From: a virus
Taxonomy: Duplodnaviria > Caudoviricetes
Reading direction: 5' to 3' (one strand)
IMG/VR virus record: IMGVR_UViG_3300017963_000032
Coordinates: 15,465 to 79,464 of that record
DNA length: 64,000 nucleotides
Part shown: positions 9,479 through 19,473 of the stretch, piece by piece
Layout: every line of letters begins with the position of its first letter
Position numbering within the stretch: the stretch's first letter is position 1
Notes under the pieces: generated by a model
The model's database searches: none
What the model was told of the DNA's origin: nothing
Seen by the model: the letters and a program-made list of their open reading frames with translations, nothing else
Made by a program: the position numbers and the translations under genes

Positions 9479-11532
9479 AATGGTTTGCTTGTTATATAAC
9501 CCTCAACGGGGGAGAATACATATGGTACAGTATAAAGTCAATATATGATTTCATAAAGGAATCAGGCGGTAAGATAATAATTATAGAAGGAAGCACTGAT
9601 TATGCTAAAGCCGTTAATGAAGAAGGATTATCTCTTGATGACACCGAACACATAATAAATGATTTCATCAAGGACAGCCCTGAAGATTTCATAATCTATA
9701 AAAGACTAGGGAAAGTCAAGGACAAGACTGTTCTAAGACAGGCATACATTGACGCACTGGATAAACTTCCAGATGGCCAAAGACCTGACCACGAGAGAGA
9801 TATGGTCTTGGTAGTTGATGATGACGAGCTGTACAAGAAAGATGATTTAGATAGACTCAATGAATATCTTGAAAGGCACCATCAAGTAATGCATGTGTTC
9901 AATCCTCAAAGATGGTTCTGGAAAGATTTTAACCATGTTGCAGACTCTGACGAGTATGGTTGCATGGAACAAATTGCTAAGGGAAAAAGGGCTGATAGAT
10001 TATTCTTTGATATGATTGGAACAAGAGTAAGGCAAGGGCAATATCATGAGAGAATCTTTAGATGGCAAGACGGAATGCATTACCCTAGTCACGCTACAAT
10101 CAGTGATAAGGAAGGAAGACAAATCTATATTGATGACGAGTACAGAAAAAGAAGGATTGTTTTTCCGGGATGCCCAAGGTACCATTATGGTTATCTCACA
10201 GAAACCAAAAGAATGTGGGAAAGATTCAGGTATTATGAGCTCAGAGACAAAGCCAGAATATCAAGCAATCCTCTAAACGTATGGCTTGATAATTATGGGG
10301 GGTTCTTATTGAAAGGAGCTCCTTTGAATACTGTAACAATGGTGAAGCCTTACTTCGGAGACCATCCAGAAATCATTAAGGAACATCCTTATTGGAAGTT
10401 AGGCAAGTGCCCCATGGCATTAGACGCTGAGAACTTGAAGAAAGAATATGGCGATGATGCATTTGAAAAAATACAACAGGAGGTTATAGGCGTGAAAGAA
10501 CCAATAAACAAAGAGGTCAAACAACAAGAATGGTATGATAAAAAGAAATGCTTAGAGCTTGTTGAAAAGGGCAAGAAACTTGCAGAAAGCGTTGAGGAAC
10601 TTCCAAAGGTTGCTTACTGCTTTATGACACTGAACAGGTCTGACGAATTAAAGACTGCTGTTGGAAGAGTGAAAGATTACGTTGATAAGATTGTAGCTGT
10701 AGATGGAGGAAGTGTTGATGACTCAATCGAGTTCTTACAAAACATCGAGAAATGCGACATCGTAAGAAGGACTTGGGATGATAAGTTTGATGTTCAAAGA
10801 AACCAATATCTTAATCACGTGTTGGAAAAATACCCAGACCATTGGGTTCTAGTATCCGACACTGACGAATGGTATTGCAAAGAATTTATGGAGAATCTCA
10901 AGTACATATTATTAGCTTGTGAAGAAGAAGGATATAACAGGCTAGGAATTATGTGCTGGTTTAAGATGGTTGCAGGAGAGGACAGTCCTAAAGCTTTTGA
11001 GAAACCACCTGAATTCAAGAGTGAGGAACAAGGAGGAATCAAAAAGACATTCTTCAAGAAGTTAGCTTTCAAGGCACAGGACGGAATGAATTATGTTAAG
11101 AGCCCTCACGAAGGATTGTTCGGCACTTGGAATATTCTGAATCTTGGAAACAAGGACTGGTATTTTGAGCATGTCAAAACAAGAAAGGCAGAAGTCGAAA
11201 GAGGAGCAAGGAATTATTTTATTGCGGGTCCCGGAATGAGAAAGCCTAAAGAGTGGGAGAAGTTCAGGAAACTAACAGAAAAGGTTGGCTGGAACATATG
11301 GGCTGATATGAACGCTGCAATGATTAAGGGTTCAATGCCTGAGTTCATTTACGAATGGATTTGGTCTAGGAGAGATTGGGTTATTGATGAGGGACCTAGT
11401 TCAGAACAGAGAGAGTTCTGGATATACTTTTATGAATTCCTACACCCTGAAATGCTCGAGGACCATAAGAAAATGTTTGAGAAATTTGTCTTGAATCACG
11501 AGCAACAAAGAAAGCTTATAGAGGAGGGATAA
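9475..11532 (+). CDS. two-domain GT-A (GT2-like) glycosyltransferase
   Basis: Two GT-A units: IIIIEGS...VVDDDE and IVAVDGGSVD...LVSDTDE. Confidence 0.8.
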   Translation: MKWFACYITLNGGEYIWYSIKSIYDFIKESGGKIIIIEGSTDYAKAVNEEGLSLDDTEHIINDFIKDSPEDFIIYKRLGKVKDKTVLRQAYIDALDKLPDGQRPDHERDMVLVVDDDELYKKDDLDRLNEYLERHHQVMHVFNPQRWFWKDFNHVADSDEYGCMEQIAKGKRADRLFFDMIGTRVRQGQYHERIFRWQDGMHYPSHATISDKEGRQIYIDDEYRKRRIVFPGCPRYHYGYLTETKRMWERFRYYELRDKARISSNPLNVWLDNYGGFLLKGAPLNTVTMVKPYFGDHPEIIKEHPYWKLGKCPMALDAENLKKEYGDDAFEKIQQEVIGVKEPINKEVKQQEWYDKKKCLELVEKGKKLAESVEELPKVAYCFMTLNRSDELKTAVGRVKDYVDKIVAVDGGSVDDSIEFLQNIEKCDIVRRTWDDKFDVQRNQYLNHVLEKYPDHWVLVSDTDEWYCKEFMENLKYILLACEEEGYNRLGIMCWFKMVAGEDSPKAFEKPPEFKSEEQGGIKKTFFKKLAFKAQDGMNYVKSPHEGLFGTWNILNLGNKDWYFEHVKTRKAEVERGARNYFIAGPGMRKPKEWEKFRKLTEKVGWNIWADMNAAMIKGSMPEFIYEWIWSRRDWVIDEGPSSEQREFWIYFYEFLHPEMLEDHKKMFEKFVLNHEQQRKLIEEG

Positions 11533-11534
11533 AA

Positions 11535-11996
11535 ATGTTAACACAACTGCTTCAACAAAAAGAAGAATTGAGTGATTATTGTAAGGAACAAAAAATCCAT
11601 GGTTTCGAAGAAAGATTAAGAAGCCACATAGATGGTTATTGCATAGCAAATGGGGCCACATATAAAGATGAACCCCAGCTTAAATTGCAAGTTGACGCCT
11701 TGAATTATGCGCTTAACGACCAAAGAGCAATACCTGCATTTTTAAGACAACAGTTAGCTTATAGAGAAGAAGCAGAACAAAATGATGGGTATCATTACGG
11801 GGAGATAGTAGAAGAGATAACAGTTCCAGCTCTAAGCAGAAGGATACCTATTCAGAATGTAAGCAATGGCCCTCAAGAAGTAAAGGTTAATTATAAAGAA
11901 CCATTGGTTGTGATAGATGCAGGAGTTGGAGGGGATGTACATTACAACTGGAAAAAGATGGCGGCTCACAGAAAAGAGGTTAAGGAAACAAAATGA
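11535..11996 (+). CDS. hypothetical protein
   Basis: GGAGG RBS; 153-aa ORF inside the glycan cluster. Confidence 0.55.
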   Translation: MLTQLLQQKEELSDYCKEQKIHGFEERLRSHIDGYCIANGATYKDEPQLKLQVDALNYALNDQRAIPAFLRQQLAYREEAEQNDGYHYGEIVEEITVPALSRRIPIQNVSNGPQEVKVNYKEPLVVIDAGVGGDVHYNWKKMAAHRKEVKETK

Positions 11997-12865
11997 GAAT
12001 CGTAGCAGGAACACACGTACATAACGCAGAGAGATGGATTGGCTATGCAATAGCTTCAGTCCTTCCAGCAGTTGATGAAGTGCTTGTAGGAATCAGCAGG
12101 CAAACAACTGATAAGACAAGATTGATTGTTGAATCTATGGCTTCAATGAATGGTAAGATTAAGATTTATGATAATGACAGATGCGACTTAGTTGAAGGCG
12201 GATTTGGAACTGTCAAGACAGATATGATTAAAAGGTGCGGAGAGATGGGAGCTGATTGGATTCTTAATTTCGACCATGACCATGTATATTATCCAATAGA
12301 ACACGGGGTCTTGCACAAGCTCGCTGAAGAACAACAAAAGTTAGGCTTTAATGGGATAAAGTTCAGACAATACTTTGTTTATTCAGGTATCAGGACTCTT
12401 CCTTTAGACCCAGAAGTTAACAAGAAAGCAACCAATGCTGGTTATTCTATGTTCGCTAGCTTCTTCAAGTTCGAACCAGACCTAAAAGTTACAGGAGAAG
12501 TTCATGAGACTGTAAAGATAAAAGGGGCTTGGACATTTCATCCAGAATTTGACTTTGCTCATGTAGGTCCTCTAGGTCTTTCTGATTGGGAGACTGTTGA
12601 GAAAGAATTATTCTATGCAAAACTTAATCACAAGCTTGATAGTGAAGATGAAGAAATAGAATGGCTGAAGAAATGCCAAGAGATAAAATTCTTTCCAGAA
12701 TGCATGATTGATTTCACTGCAAGGAGAAGATTAGAATATCCTCTTGGTCTTCCATTATTGAGTGAAGTTAAAGAGGGAGGACTCCCACCAGTACTTGATA
12801 AGTACATCAATGGAAGTCACGCACTTGACATTGAATACTTAAAAGGGGTTGTAAACAATGAATGA
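11993..12865 (+). CDS. GT2-like glycosyltransferase
   Basis: NAERWI..AIAS...VDEVLV, TTDKT, DWILNFDHD and GEVHE motifs. Confidence 0.8.
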   Translation: MRIVAGTHVHNAERWIGYAIASVLPAVDEVLVGISRQTTDKTRLIVESMASMNGKIKIYDNDRCDLVEGGFGTVKTDMIKRCGEMGADWILNFDHDHVYYPIEHGVLHKLAEEQQKLGFNGIKFRQYFVYSGIRTLPLDPEVNKKATNAGYSMFASFFKFEPDLKVTGEVHETVKIKGAWTFHPEFDFAHVGPLGLSDWETVEKELFYAKLNHKLDSEDEEIEWLKKCQEIKFFPECMIDFTARRRLEYPLGLPLLSEVKEGGLPPVLDKYINGSHALDIEYLKGVVNNE

Positions 12866-13376
12866 TTGGAAGAAAGAACACACGGAACTTCATTATAACA
12901 CTCTAAGGTATTTATTTACCAGCATCAATAAGATTAGAGATGTTAAAGTGATGGTCGAGACAGGGATAGCGTCAGGACAATCTGGTAAAGTAATGCTTGA
13001 ATCTTGTCCTAAAGCAACTTATTACGGATATGATTTGTGGCTTGGTTACGATGAAGTAAATGAGAAACCAGCAAGGGCTTTGCTGGAATCATTTGAGAGA
13101 GTAAATATTCAAAAAATAAATACTCAGACGCTTGAGAAGTTTCCTGATAATGTAGACTTAATTTATGTTGATGGGGACCATTCAACTTTGGGTTGCTTGC
13201 ATGATTTGGAACTTGTTGAAAAACATTTAAGTCCAGAAGGAATCATAGTAGTTCATGATATGGACCATGTGCCCATACAAGAGGCTATTAAAATTTGGAA
13301 CAAAGATGAAAGATTCGGAAGTTTTGAGATTAAATTTGGCAGAGGATACGGAGTATTCTGGAGGAAAGAAAAATGA
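12858..13376 (+). CDS. class I SAM-dependent methyltransferase (Methyltransf_24-like)
   Basis: VETGIASGQS and DLIYVDGDH...IIVVHD. Confidence 0.85.
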   Translation: MNDWKKEHTELHYNTLRYLFTSINKIRDVKVMVETGIASGQSGKVMLESCPKATYYGYDLWLGYDEVNEKPARALLESFERVNIQKINTQTLEKFPDNVDLIYVDGDHSTLGCLHDLELVEKHLSPEGIIVVHDMDHVPIQEAIKIWNKDERFGSFEIKFGRGYGVFWRKEK

Positions 13377-14176
13377 ACAAAGAAATTGATGGAGACAGCG
13401 GAACACCAGTTAAAGATTTACCACCACTTACAATCGGAGACCAAGATGATAGAGAGTATTGGAATCAGCCTAGAGTTCTAGCCAGCACAGGAAAGAACTG
13501 GAAGGTAGACAAAGGAGGAATCCTTGAATGGTTTCAGAAATCTTGTGAAAAGCATGGAGTCCCTAAAGATGCTAAAGTTCTAGTCATAGGTGGAGGCCCG
13601 GGAAGATTGGTCAAAGGAATGCAACAATTACTTCAGCCATTGACTAAAGATTGGCACATCACAGTTGCAGAAGGCAGCGCAGGAATGGTAGAGAATGCAA
13701 AGAAAAACCTTGCAGAAATTCACCCTGATTGCCCAGATTCTAACAACCTTTGCAAAGTAGATTATTTACATAAGAATGCAATGGATTTAGAATATAAAGA
13801 ACAGTTCGATGTTATATGGACTTGCACAGTGTTGCAGCATAACAGCACAAAGAACAAAGATATTTTCGTTCCTAAAATGTACAATGCATTAAAGCCTCAA
13901 GGACTTTATATCTGTCTTGAAGGTACAAAGACTGAAAGAATGTGGGTAGACCCTACGCCTGAATATCCAGAAGGCCAGTTCAAAAAATACAACGAGCGAG
14001 GAAGGTTCACATTTGATTGGAGTGATTCAAAAGGAGCAAAAGGAACTGCTGCTTGGTTCATTAATTACATAGGCAAGCATGGTTTTGAGATTCAAGAGTA
14101 TGGCAGCCATCACATTGATTGGTTCGTGTTCAGAAAAATCAGAGAGGTTGGTGAGAATGGGGCAGAGGAATCCTAA
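13373..14176 (+). CDS. class I SAM-dependent methyltransferase
   Basis: VLVIGGGPG, FDVIWT..VLQH and LKPQG. Confidence 0.8.
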   Translation: MNKEIDGDSGTPVKDLPPLTIGDQDDREYWNQPRVLASTGKNWKVDKGGILEWFQKSCEKHGVPKDAKVLVIGGGPGRLVKGMQQLLQPLTKDWHITVAEGSAGMVENAKKNLAEIHPDCPDSNNLCKVDYLHKNAMDLEYKEQFDVIWTCTVLQHNSTKNKDIFVPKMYNALKPQGLYICLEGTKTERMWVDPTPEYPEGQFKKYNERGRFTFDWSDSKGAKGTAAWFINYIGKHGFEIQEYGSHHIDWFVFRKIREVGENGAEES

Positions 14177-14675
14177 GTTTTTAGATGTTGGAAGTGGAAA
14201 TCATCCACACCCCGAAGCTGGAGTTTTACTAGAGAAGTATAAAGATAACACTAGCCGGGGAGGAGACCTTGTAGTACCTGAAGGAGTAAAGTTTATAGAA
14301 GGTGACGTAGAGGATATGCCCTTCAAAGACAAAGAGTTTGACTTTGTGAATTGCAGCAATGTTCTTGAACACGTTGATGACCCTGAAAAAGCCTGCAAAG
14401 AATTAATGAGAGTTGCAAAAGCAGGGTACATCGAGTGCCCAAGATATTTCTGGGAAGTTCTTTTTGGAAGAAAATATCACAAATGGTTTGTTAACATAAA
14501 AGGTAACAAGATTATCTTTGTCAACAAGGCAGGAAAGATTCCTGAGAATACTTTTGACGGGGATAAGTTGTATTCTAATGTTCCTGAATTCAGGGAGATG
14601 TTTGTTAGTAACCATCACTTGTTCTATGCTAAGTTCCAATGGAAGGAATCATTCGAAGTGGAGGTGTCTAAGTGA
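14157..14675 (+). CDS. methyltransferase type 11-like
   Basis: LDVGSG, MPFKDKEFDFV..SNVLEHV.DP...ELMRVAK. Confidence 0.85.
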   Translation: MGQRNPKFLDVGSGNHPHPEAGVLLEKYKDNTSRGGDLVVPEGVKFIEGDVEDMPFKDKEFDFVNCSNVLEHVDDPEKACKELMRVAKAGYIECPRYFWEVLFGRKYHKWFVNIKGNKIIFVNKAGKIPENTFDGDKLYSNVPEFREMFVSNHHLFYAKFQWKESFEVEVSK

Positions 14676-15493
14676 AGGCATTAATAACTGGAGGTTCAGG
14701 ATTTATTGGAAGCCATATTATGAATCTCTTTGATTACGAATTTGAGAATATAGACATTCAAGTCGACAGGGATATTAGGAAAGCAAACATCAAAGGAAGT
14801 CCAAAAATATGTTTCCATCTGGCAAGCAAGTGTATAGTCAGGGATTGCATAACAACTCCTAACATAGCCTTCAGGAATAATGTTGAAGGAACATTCAATA
14901 TAATGGAAGGGTTGAGAAGAAAGGATGTAAAAGAATTAATATTGTTCAGTTCAAGCAGGGTTCTTTCTAAAGAGAAAAATACCTATACTGCATCTAAGAC
15001 TTATGCTGAAGGATTGGCTGAAGCTTACTGGGAATGTTATGGAATCAAGTACAAGATTATCAGGCCAAGCACAGTTTACGGAGAGCTCGATAAGACAGAT
15101 AGGATAATCCCTAGGTTCATTCGTGCTGCATTCAACGGCAGGCCTTTAGTAATATATGGTGATGACAAAAAGACATTGGACTTGACTTACATTAGAGACT
15201 TCATGAATGCATTTAAATTAGTGATGGACAGCCCGGTGTGGAATACAGATTATAACATTGCTAATGGAAAAGAAGTAAATGTTTTTGAAATAGCAAAGTA
15301 CGTGAAAGATATTACAGGGAGCAAATCAGAAATTGTATTCAGAGATTCTGAAGTTGCACAACCTCAAAGAGTCAAAGTTGATATTAACAAGATAAGAATG
15401 CTTGGTTACAGGCCACAGATGGATTGGAAAAAGGGGGTAGCTAAAACAATAGCTTGGTTGAAAAATGATGAAGAGCTTACTGGAAGAAATTAA
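14672..15493 (+). CDS. NAD-dependent sugar epimerase/dehydratase
   Basis: ITGGSGFIG, YTASK and RPSTVYG; GTG start. Confidence 0.9.
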   Translation: MKALITGGSGFIGSHIMNLFDYEFENIDIQVDRDIRKANIKGSPKICFHLASKCIVRDCITTPNIAFRNNVEGTFNIMEGLRRKDVKELILFSSSRVLSKEKNTYTASKTYAEGLAEAYWECYGIKYKIIRPSTVYGELDKTDRIIPRFIRAAFNGRPLVIYGDDKKTLDLTYIRDFMNAFKLVMDSPVWNTDYNIANGKEVNVFEIAKYVKDITGSKSEIVFRDSEVAQPQRVKVDINKIRMLGYRPQMDWKKGVAKTIAWLKNDEELTGRN

Positions 15494-15770
15494 AGCAATG
15501 CACAAGACTATTCGATTCTCAAATAAAGTCTTGATGATGGTCAACATAGTTAACATACTTACAATAGCGGTCTTGATAATAGCCCTATTTACTATGAGTG
15601 GTTGCACAATGGAAGAACCTGAAGAGCTGTACACTCAAGATGAATGTATAAATAAAACTGTTCCTTTATGCCATAAGGTTTGTAAAGAGAAAGTTCTGGA
15701 AGTTTTGAATGACCAAGAATTTAGAGAAGAATATTGCGAAGGAATAGTTGAAGACGTGGTGGTAATATGA
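15465..15770 (+). CDS. membrane protein/putative lipoprotein
   Basis: Hydrophobic helix ending in LFTMSGC. Confidence 0.5.
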   Translation: MMKSLLEEIKAMHKTIRFSNKVLMMVNIVNILTIAVLIIALFTMSGCTMEEPEELYTQDECINKTVPLCHKVCKEKVLEVLNDQEFREEYCEGIVEDVVVI

Positions 15771-16930
15771 AAAGAAGAATAGTTTATAACAGTCCATTAT
15801 GGAGTCATGAAGGAATAACAAAAAGCAGCAGAGAGTATGTAAAGCAGATAGCAAAGTTCAATAAAGTTTGGTTAACTCAGTTCCCAACAAATTATTTCGG
15901 ACCAGAGTTCACAAAGATGTACAACGCATTCTCAATCAAATCGGACAATCACATTCTTTTCAATTACGGCTGGACAGACCACTGGCATAGATATTTGAAA
16001 CACCACATAACAATAGGATATTCTGTTTATGAAGGAGACAATCCTCCGGGTTGTTGGATTAATAATATGAATCTTCCAACCATAAAAGAGGTTTGGGTTC
16101 CTAGTAATTATGTTAAAGATGTATACAAGAATGCAGGCGTGAAGAATAAACTTAGAGTTGTACCTCATGGTGTAGGTCCTCATGTTAAACCTATAAAAGT
16201 TGAGAGAAAGAAAACATTCAAATCAATCCATGGGGGAGACAAGTTGCTTGATAAATTTATCTTCTTCGGTATGGGTGCAGTGTGCGCTTTCGGAGAGAGA
16301 GACAGGAAAGGTGTTGATATTTTTCTTCAAGCATTCGAGCAAGAGTTCAAGAAAGAAACAGATGTCGCACTGATGCTGAAGCTTAATACAAATTATGCTA
16401 CTTCTATTGCTTTAGACAAAGGAGAACCTTTTGATGTTAATCAATGGTTAGGCCAGTACTTGACTCCAAAATCTAAAAATGTGTTTGTTCTTATACAAGA
16501 CCTGTCTGAAGAGCAATTAATTAGACTGTATAATTCCGTAGATGTTGGAGTATTTGCAAGCAGAGGAGAAGGTTTTGGTATGTGTGAGATGGAAATGATG
16601 GCATGCGACAAGCCAGTAATCACTACAGGATTTGGAGGGACTCTAGATTTTAGTCATCCAAGCTTGAGAATCAAAGTCAAAGAGATGTTAAATGCTGAGA
16701 GAGATAACGTTTCTGACCAGAGATACCCTTATGTTGGCAGCAAATGGGCAGAGCCCGATATAAAGGATTTGAGACGACTTATGAGAAAAGTTTACTCAAA
16801 CTACAAAAGAGCAAAGAAAACGGCTCAGGCTCATGGTAAGCACATCAGAAAGGACTTCTCATGGGATGTTATAGGTAAAGATATAGAGAAGTATATCGAA
16901 GACATCTGGAAGAAAGAAAAGAATCTTTAA
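15767..16930 (+). CDS. GT4-like glycosyltransferase
   Basis: WVPSNY..VPHGV, RKGVDI and SRGEGFGM..MEMMA...VITT. Confidence 0.88.
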   Translation: MKRRIVYNSPLWSHEGITKSSREYVKQIAKFNKVWLTQFPTNYFGPEFTKMYNAFSIKSDNHILFNYGWTDHWHRYLKHHITIGYSVYEGDNPPGCWINNMNLPTIKEVWVPSNYVKDVYKNAGVKNKLRVVPHGVGPHVKPIKVERKKTFKSIHGGDKLLDKFIFFGMGAVCAFGERDRKGVDIFLQAFEQEFKKETDVALMLKLNTNYATSIALDKGEPFDVNQWLGQYLTPKSKNVFVLIQDLSEEQLIRLYNSVDVGVFASRGEGFGMCEMEMMACDKPVITTGFGGTLDFSHPSLRIKVKEMLNAERDNVSDQRYPYVGSKWAEPDIKDLRRLMRKVYSNYKRAKKTAQAHGKHIRKDFSWDVIGKDIEKYIEDIWKKEKNL

Positions 16931-16939
16931 ATACTAATA

Positions 16940-17215
16940 ATGCAATGTTGCTATTGTAAGAGCAAGAAGGCGCATCTGCTCTTTGAAACGAAGAAAGAAT
17001 CATACTATAAGTGTAATACTTGTGGTACGATGTTCTCAATCAAACGTGGTGAAGATATGAAAGACAAATCTGGCCGTAAAATGCATTATTATCATCCAAC
17101 ATTTGATGCAAGTTATTGTACAAGATGTACAAATAAAAATTTTTTAACACATAATATTGATAAAGTTACCTGCATTCTCTGCAAAAACAAGATTGAGAAG
17201 GCACTTCAAGGATAA
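16940..17215 (+). CDS. Cys-rich Zn-finger protein
   Basis: Four CxxC pairs. Confidence 0.55.
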   Translation: MQCCYCKSKKAHLLFETKKESYYKCNTCGTMFSIKRGEDMKDKSGRKMHYYHPTFDASYCTRCTNKNFLTHNIDKVTCILCKNKIEKALQG

Positions 17216-17216
17216 A

Positions 17217-17520
17217 TCATATATACAAATGTATATCACATCCATATATCATTTTCATATTCAGTGGAAATAGAGGTCCACTGGAAATAAAGGCGGTTAA
17301 GTGCTCAAAGGATTGAATTTCTTAATTCTGGCCCCTCCTATTGGGATGCTGACCCCCCCTTATTTCTTGTGGAACTCTATTATATTATATATAGATTAAG
17401 CATATATTATATTATATTATATAAGAACTACATGAGAATTGAATATCACATCTCCAGTGGAAATGAAGGGGGGTGGGTTATATATTAGTATATACTAATC
17501 ATATATACATTTGTATATCT
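17217..17520. other. putative replication origin with ORB elements and AT-rich DUE
   Basis: ORB-like boxes: 17260-17277 TTCAGTGGAAATAGAGGT, 17277-17297 TCCACTGGAAATAAAGGCGGT, 17352-17375 (minus) GTTCCACAAGAAATAAGGGGGGGT, 17453-17474 TCCAGTGGAAATGAAGGGGGGT. (TA)-rich tract at 17378-17424. Confidence 0.78.
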
Positions 17521-17533
17521 TAATGAAATGTAA

Positions 17534-17550
17534 CCGAAAAGTATTTATAT
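17534..17550 (+). promoter_or_regulatory. BRE/TATA promoter
   Basis: CCGAAAAGTATTTATAT upstream of ATG 17606. Confidence 0.6.
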
Positions 17551-17605
17551 TACATATACTTTACACTCAAAATTAAGCATTAATCAATTAAACGAGGCGG
17601 AAAAT

Positions 17606-17791
17606 ATGGAATCGTGGAATAAACTCGTAGGAAAAGAAGTTGTAGTAATATACAATGACAATGGCAGGCATCCAATAAAGAAAATAGGATTTCTGCTGGA
17701 GCATGACTTACACAACTTTGCACTACAATCTGAAAAGAAAGACCCTGAAATTCTGAACAAGGCACAAATCATAAGGGTGGTGCCAAAATGA
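17606..17791 (+). CDS. small protein, possibly Sm/LSm-like fold
   Basis: LVGKEVVV...GFLLEHD...ILNKAQIIRV; GAGGCGG RBS. Confidence 0.4.
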   Translation: MESWNKLVGKEVVVIYNDNGRHPIKKIGFLLEHDLHNFALQSEKKDPEILNKAQIIRVVPK

Positions 17792-18147
17792 AACAACAAA
17801 AATTAATCAGACTTAGTGAAGATGTTCTCAAAGACATTCAACTAAATGACTGCATGGATAACTTCTCTGACTGGGTAGAAAGAGCCTATAGAAATGAGTT
17901 CATGACCATGAAGAACAAGAAAGAGCAACTGGAGAAAATCAAAGCTGAAGCAGAAAGACTAGAGAAAGAAGTTGCATTGATGAAAGAAGAAGATGAGAAG
18001 AGAATGTCAAAGAGTGACAGAGTTTTCTGCAACATCTGCGGAGAGTCAGCAATAGATGAAGTCAAAATTAATGGACTAATCACTTGCAAGCAATGTTACT
18101 TGACAAGAAGTGAAGAGCTCAGAAAAAAGAGAAGGGACGGACAATGA
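17788..18147 (+). CDS. coiled-coil plus Zn-finger protein
   Basis: CNIC...CKQC. Confidence 0.55.
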   Translation: MKQQKLIRLSEDVLKDIQLNDCMDNFSDWVERAYRNEFMTMKNKKEQLEKIKAEAERLEKEVALMKEEDEKRMSKSDRVFCNICGESAIDEVKINGLITCKQCYLTRSEELRKKRRDGQ

Positions 18148-18521
18148 CTTGGCAATGTAAAAAGGGGTGTAGCGAGTGTTGCGGAGTCATACCAATGAAG
18201 AAAGACTGGGCCAAGAAGCACGAGAAAAAAGCAATGGTCCAGCCAGAAGAGATACTTCCATTCATCAAAGATGACGAGATTGTAGTGATGACAGAGGACT
18301 GCAAGTGCGTTTTTTTAGATAGAGTTAATAATAAGTGTGTCGTATATAATGATAGACCTGAGATTTGCAGGAAATATGGGCGTAGCGAAGATATTCCATG
18401 CAAGTACATAAAACCCAATGGAAACCCCAGAAGTCCTGCGCAAGTTAAGAGAGTTAGCAGACAGGTCGACAAACAACTGACGCACTTTATGCAGAGGTTG
18501 GCAAAAGAGGTGGAAAGATGA
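18144..18521 (+). CDS. YkgJ-like cysteine-cluster (Zn/Fe-chelating) protein
   Basis: CxxGCSECC...CVFLD...CVVYNDRPEICRKY. Confidence 0.8.
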   Translation: MTWQCKKGCSECCGVIPMKKDWAKKHEKKAMVQPEEILPFIKDDEIVVMTEDCKCVFLDRVNNKCVVYNDRPEICRKYGRSEDIPCKYIKPNGNPRSPAQVKRVSRQVDKQLTHFMQRLAKEVER

Positions 18522-18712
18522 GCATTGACCAAACAGTGAAGGAGAAACCTAAATACCAACAACCACACAACATACATTTTAATCTGGGTTATCACAACCC
18601 AGCATTGTACGAGCATCTTAGATTGAAGGAACATGCAAGGCAGAAATATGATGCAATGTACAATCAACAAAAAAAAGGAGGCGGTTATAATGAGGATAGA
18701 GTTGGAAGGTAA
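18518..18712 (+). CDS. hypothetical protein
   Basis: Coupled short ORF. Confidence 0.4.
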   Translation: MSIDQTVKEKPKYQQPHNIHFNLGYHNPALYEHLRLKEHARQKYDAMYNQQKKGGGYNEDRVGR

Positions 18713-18962
18713 GCAAGTGCTACTGGGTGTACTCATTACTATATTACTATTGGGTACACTAGTGGCTTTGCCAATGTATACATACAAGTTAGGAAAAGAC
18801 AGTAAAACAACATGCACGTACAGGCCTGCAAAGTGTCCGGTATGTCCTGTGTGTCCTGAGACACCAGAGAATTTAGACATTAATCTGAACAGCAAAGGGG
18901 ATTGTATTATGATAACTCAGCCCGGAGACAAAGAAGGAACCATGAGGTGTAAGTTAACATGA
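18690..18962 (+). CDS. single-TM membrane protein with Cys-Pro repeat
   Basis: GGAGGCGG RBS, TM helix and CPVCPVCP. Confidence 0.55.
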   Translation: MRIELEGKQVLLGVLITILLLGTLVALPMYTYKLGKDSKTTCTYRPAKCPVCPVCPETPENLDINLNSKGDCIMITQPGDKEGTMRCKLT

Positions 18963-19192
18963 CATGGTTCGAGACTTATCTTTATCATCAGTATGGTAGC
19001 AAAAAGACTATGTTGATTGATTGGTACAGAATACCTGATGGGATAGATGCTTACAAAGACAGCCACGGAGTCAACTACAATTACATGAGAGACCAACTCA
19101 AAGACATGGGAGATGTCATGGGCTTTGACAATCCAAAAGCAAAGATAGAGAAGAGGGCAGACGTCACTATAGATGACTGCATTGGACTATGA
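18959..19192 (+). CDS. hypothetical protein
   Basis: Coupled ORF. Confidence 0.5.
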   Translation: MTWFETYLYHQYGSKKTMLIDWYRIPDGIDAYKDSHGVNYNYMRDQLKDMGDVMGFDNPKAKIEKRADVTIDDCIGL

Positions 19193-19473
19193 AAGTAATT
19201 GATTTGCTAAAGAAAGCATTGTCTCATTGGGGGATAGACATGCAAGCTGGAATGTTGAATGAAGAGATGGCAGAGTTAACAATAGCAGTTAATAAGTACA
19301 GAAGAAAGCCAAACAAGATAACCAAAGCAGCTGTTGCAGAAGAGATTGCAGACGTTAGGATAATGCTGGAGCAGATAGAGTTAGCATTCAAAATAACTCC
19401 AGAGCAAAAAGCTTATTGGAGAAAACATAAGTTGTACAAGTTAGAGAGGTTGATTGAACATGGGAGAAGATGA
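19189..19473 (+). CDS. MazG-like NTP pyrophosphohydrolase
   Basis: EEMAEL...EEIADV..MLEQI. Confidence 0.85.
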   Translation: MKVIDLLKKALSHWGIDMQAGMLNEEMAELTIAVNKYRRKPNKITKAAVAEEIADVRIMLEQIELAFKITPEQKAYWRKHKLYKLERLIEHGRR

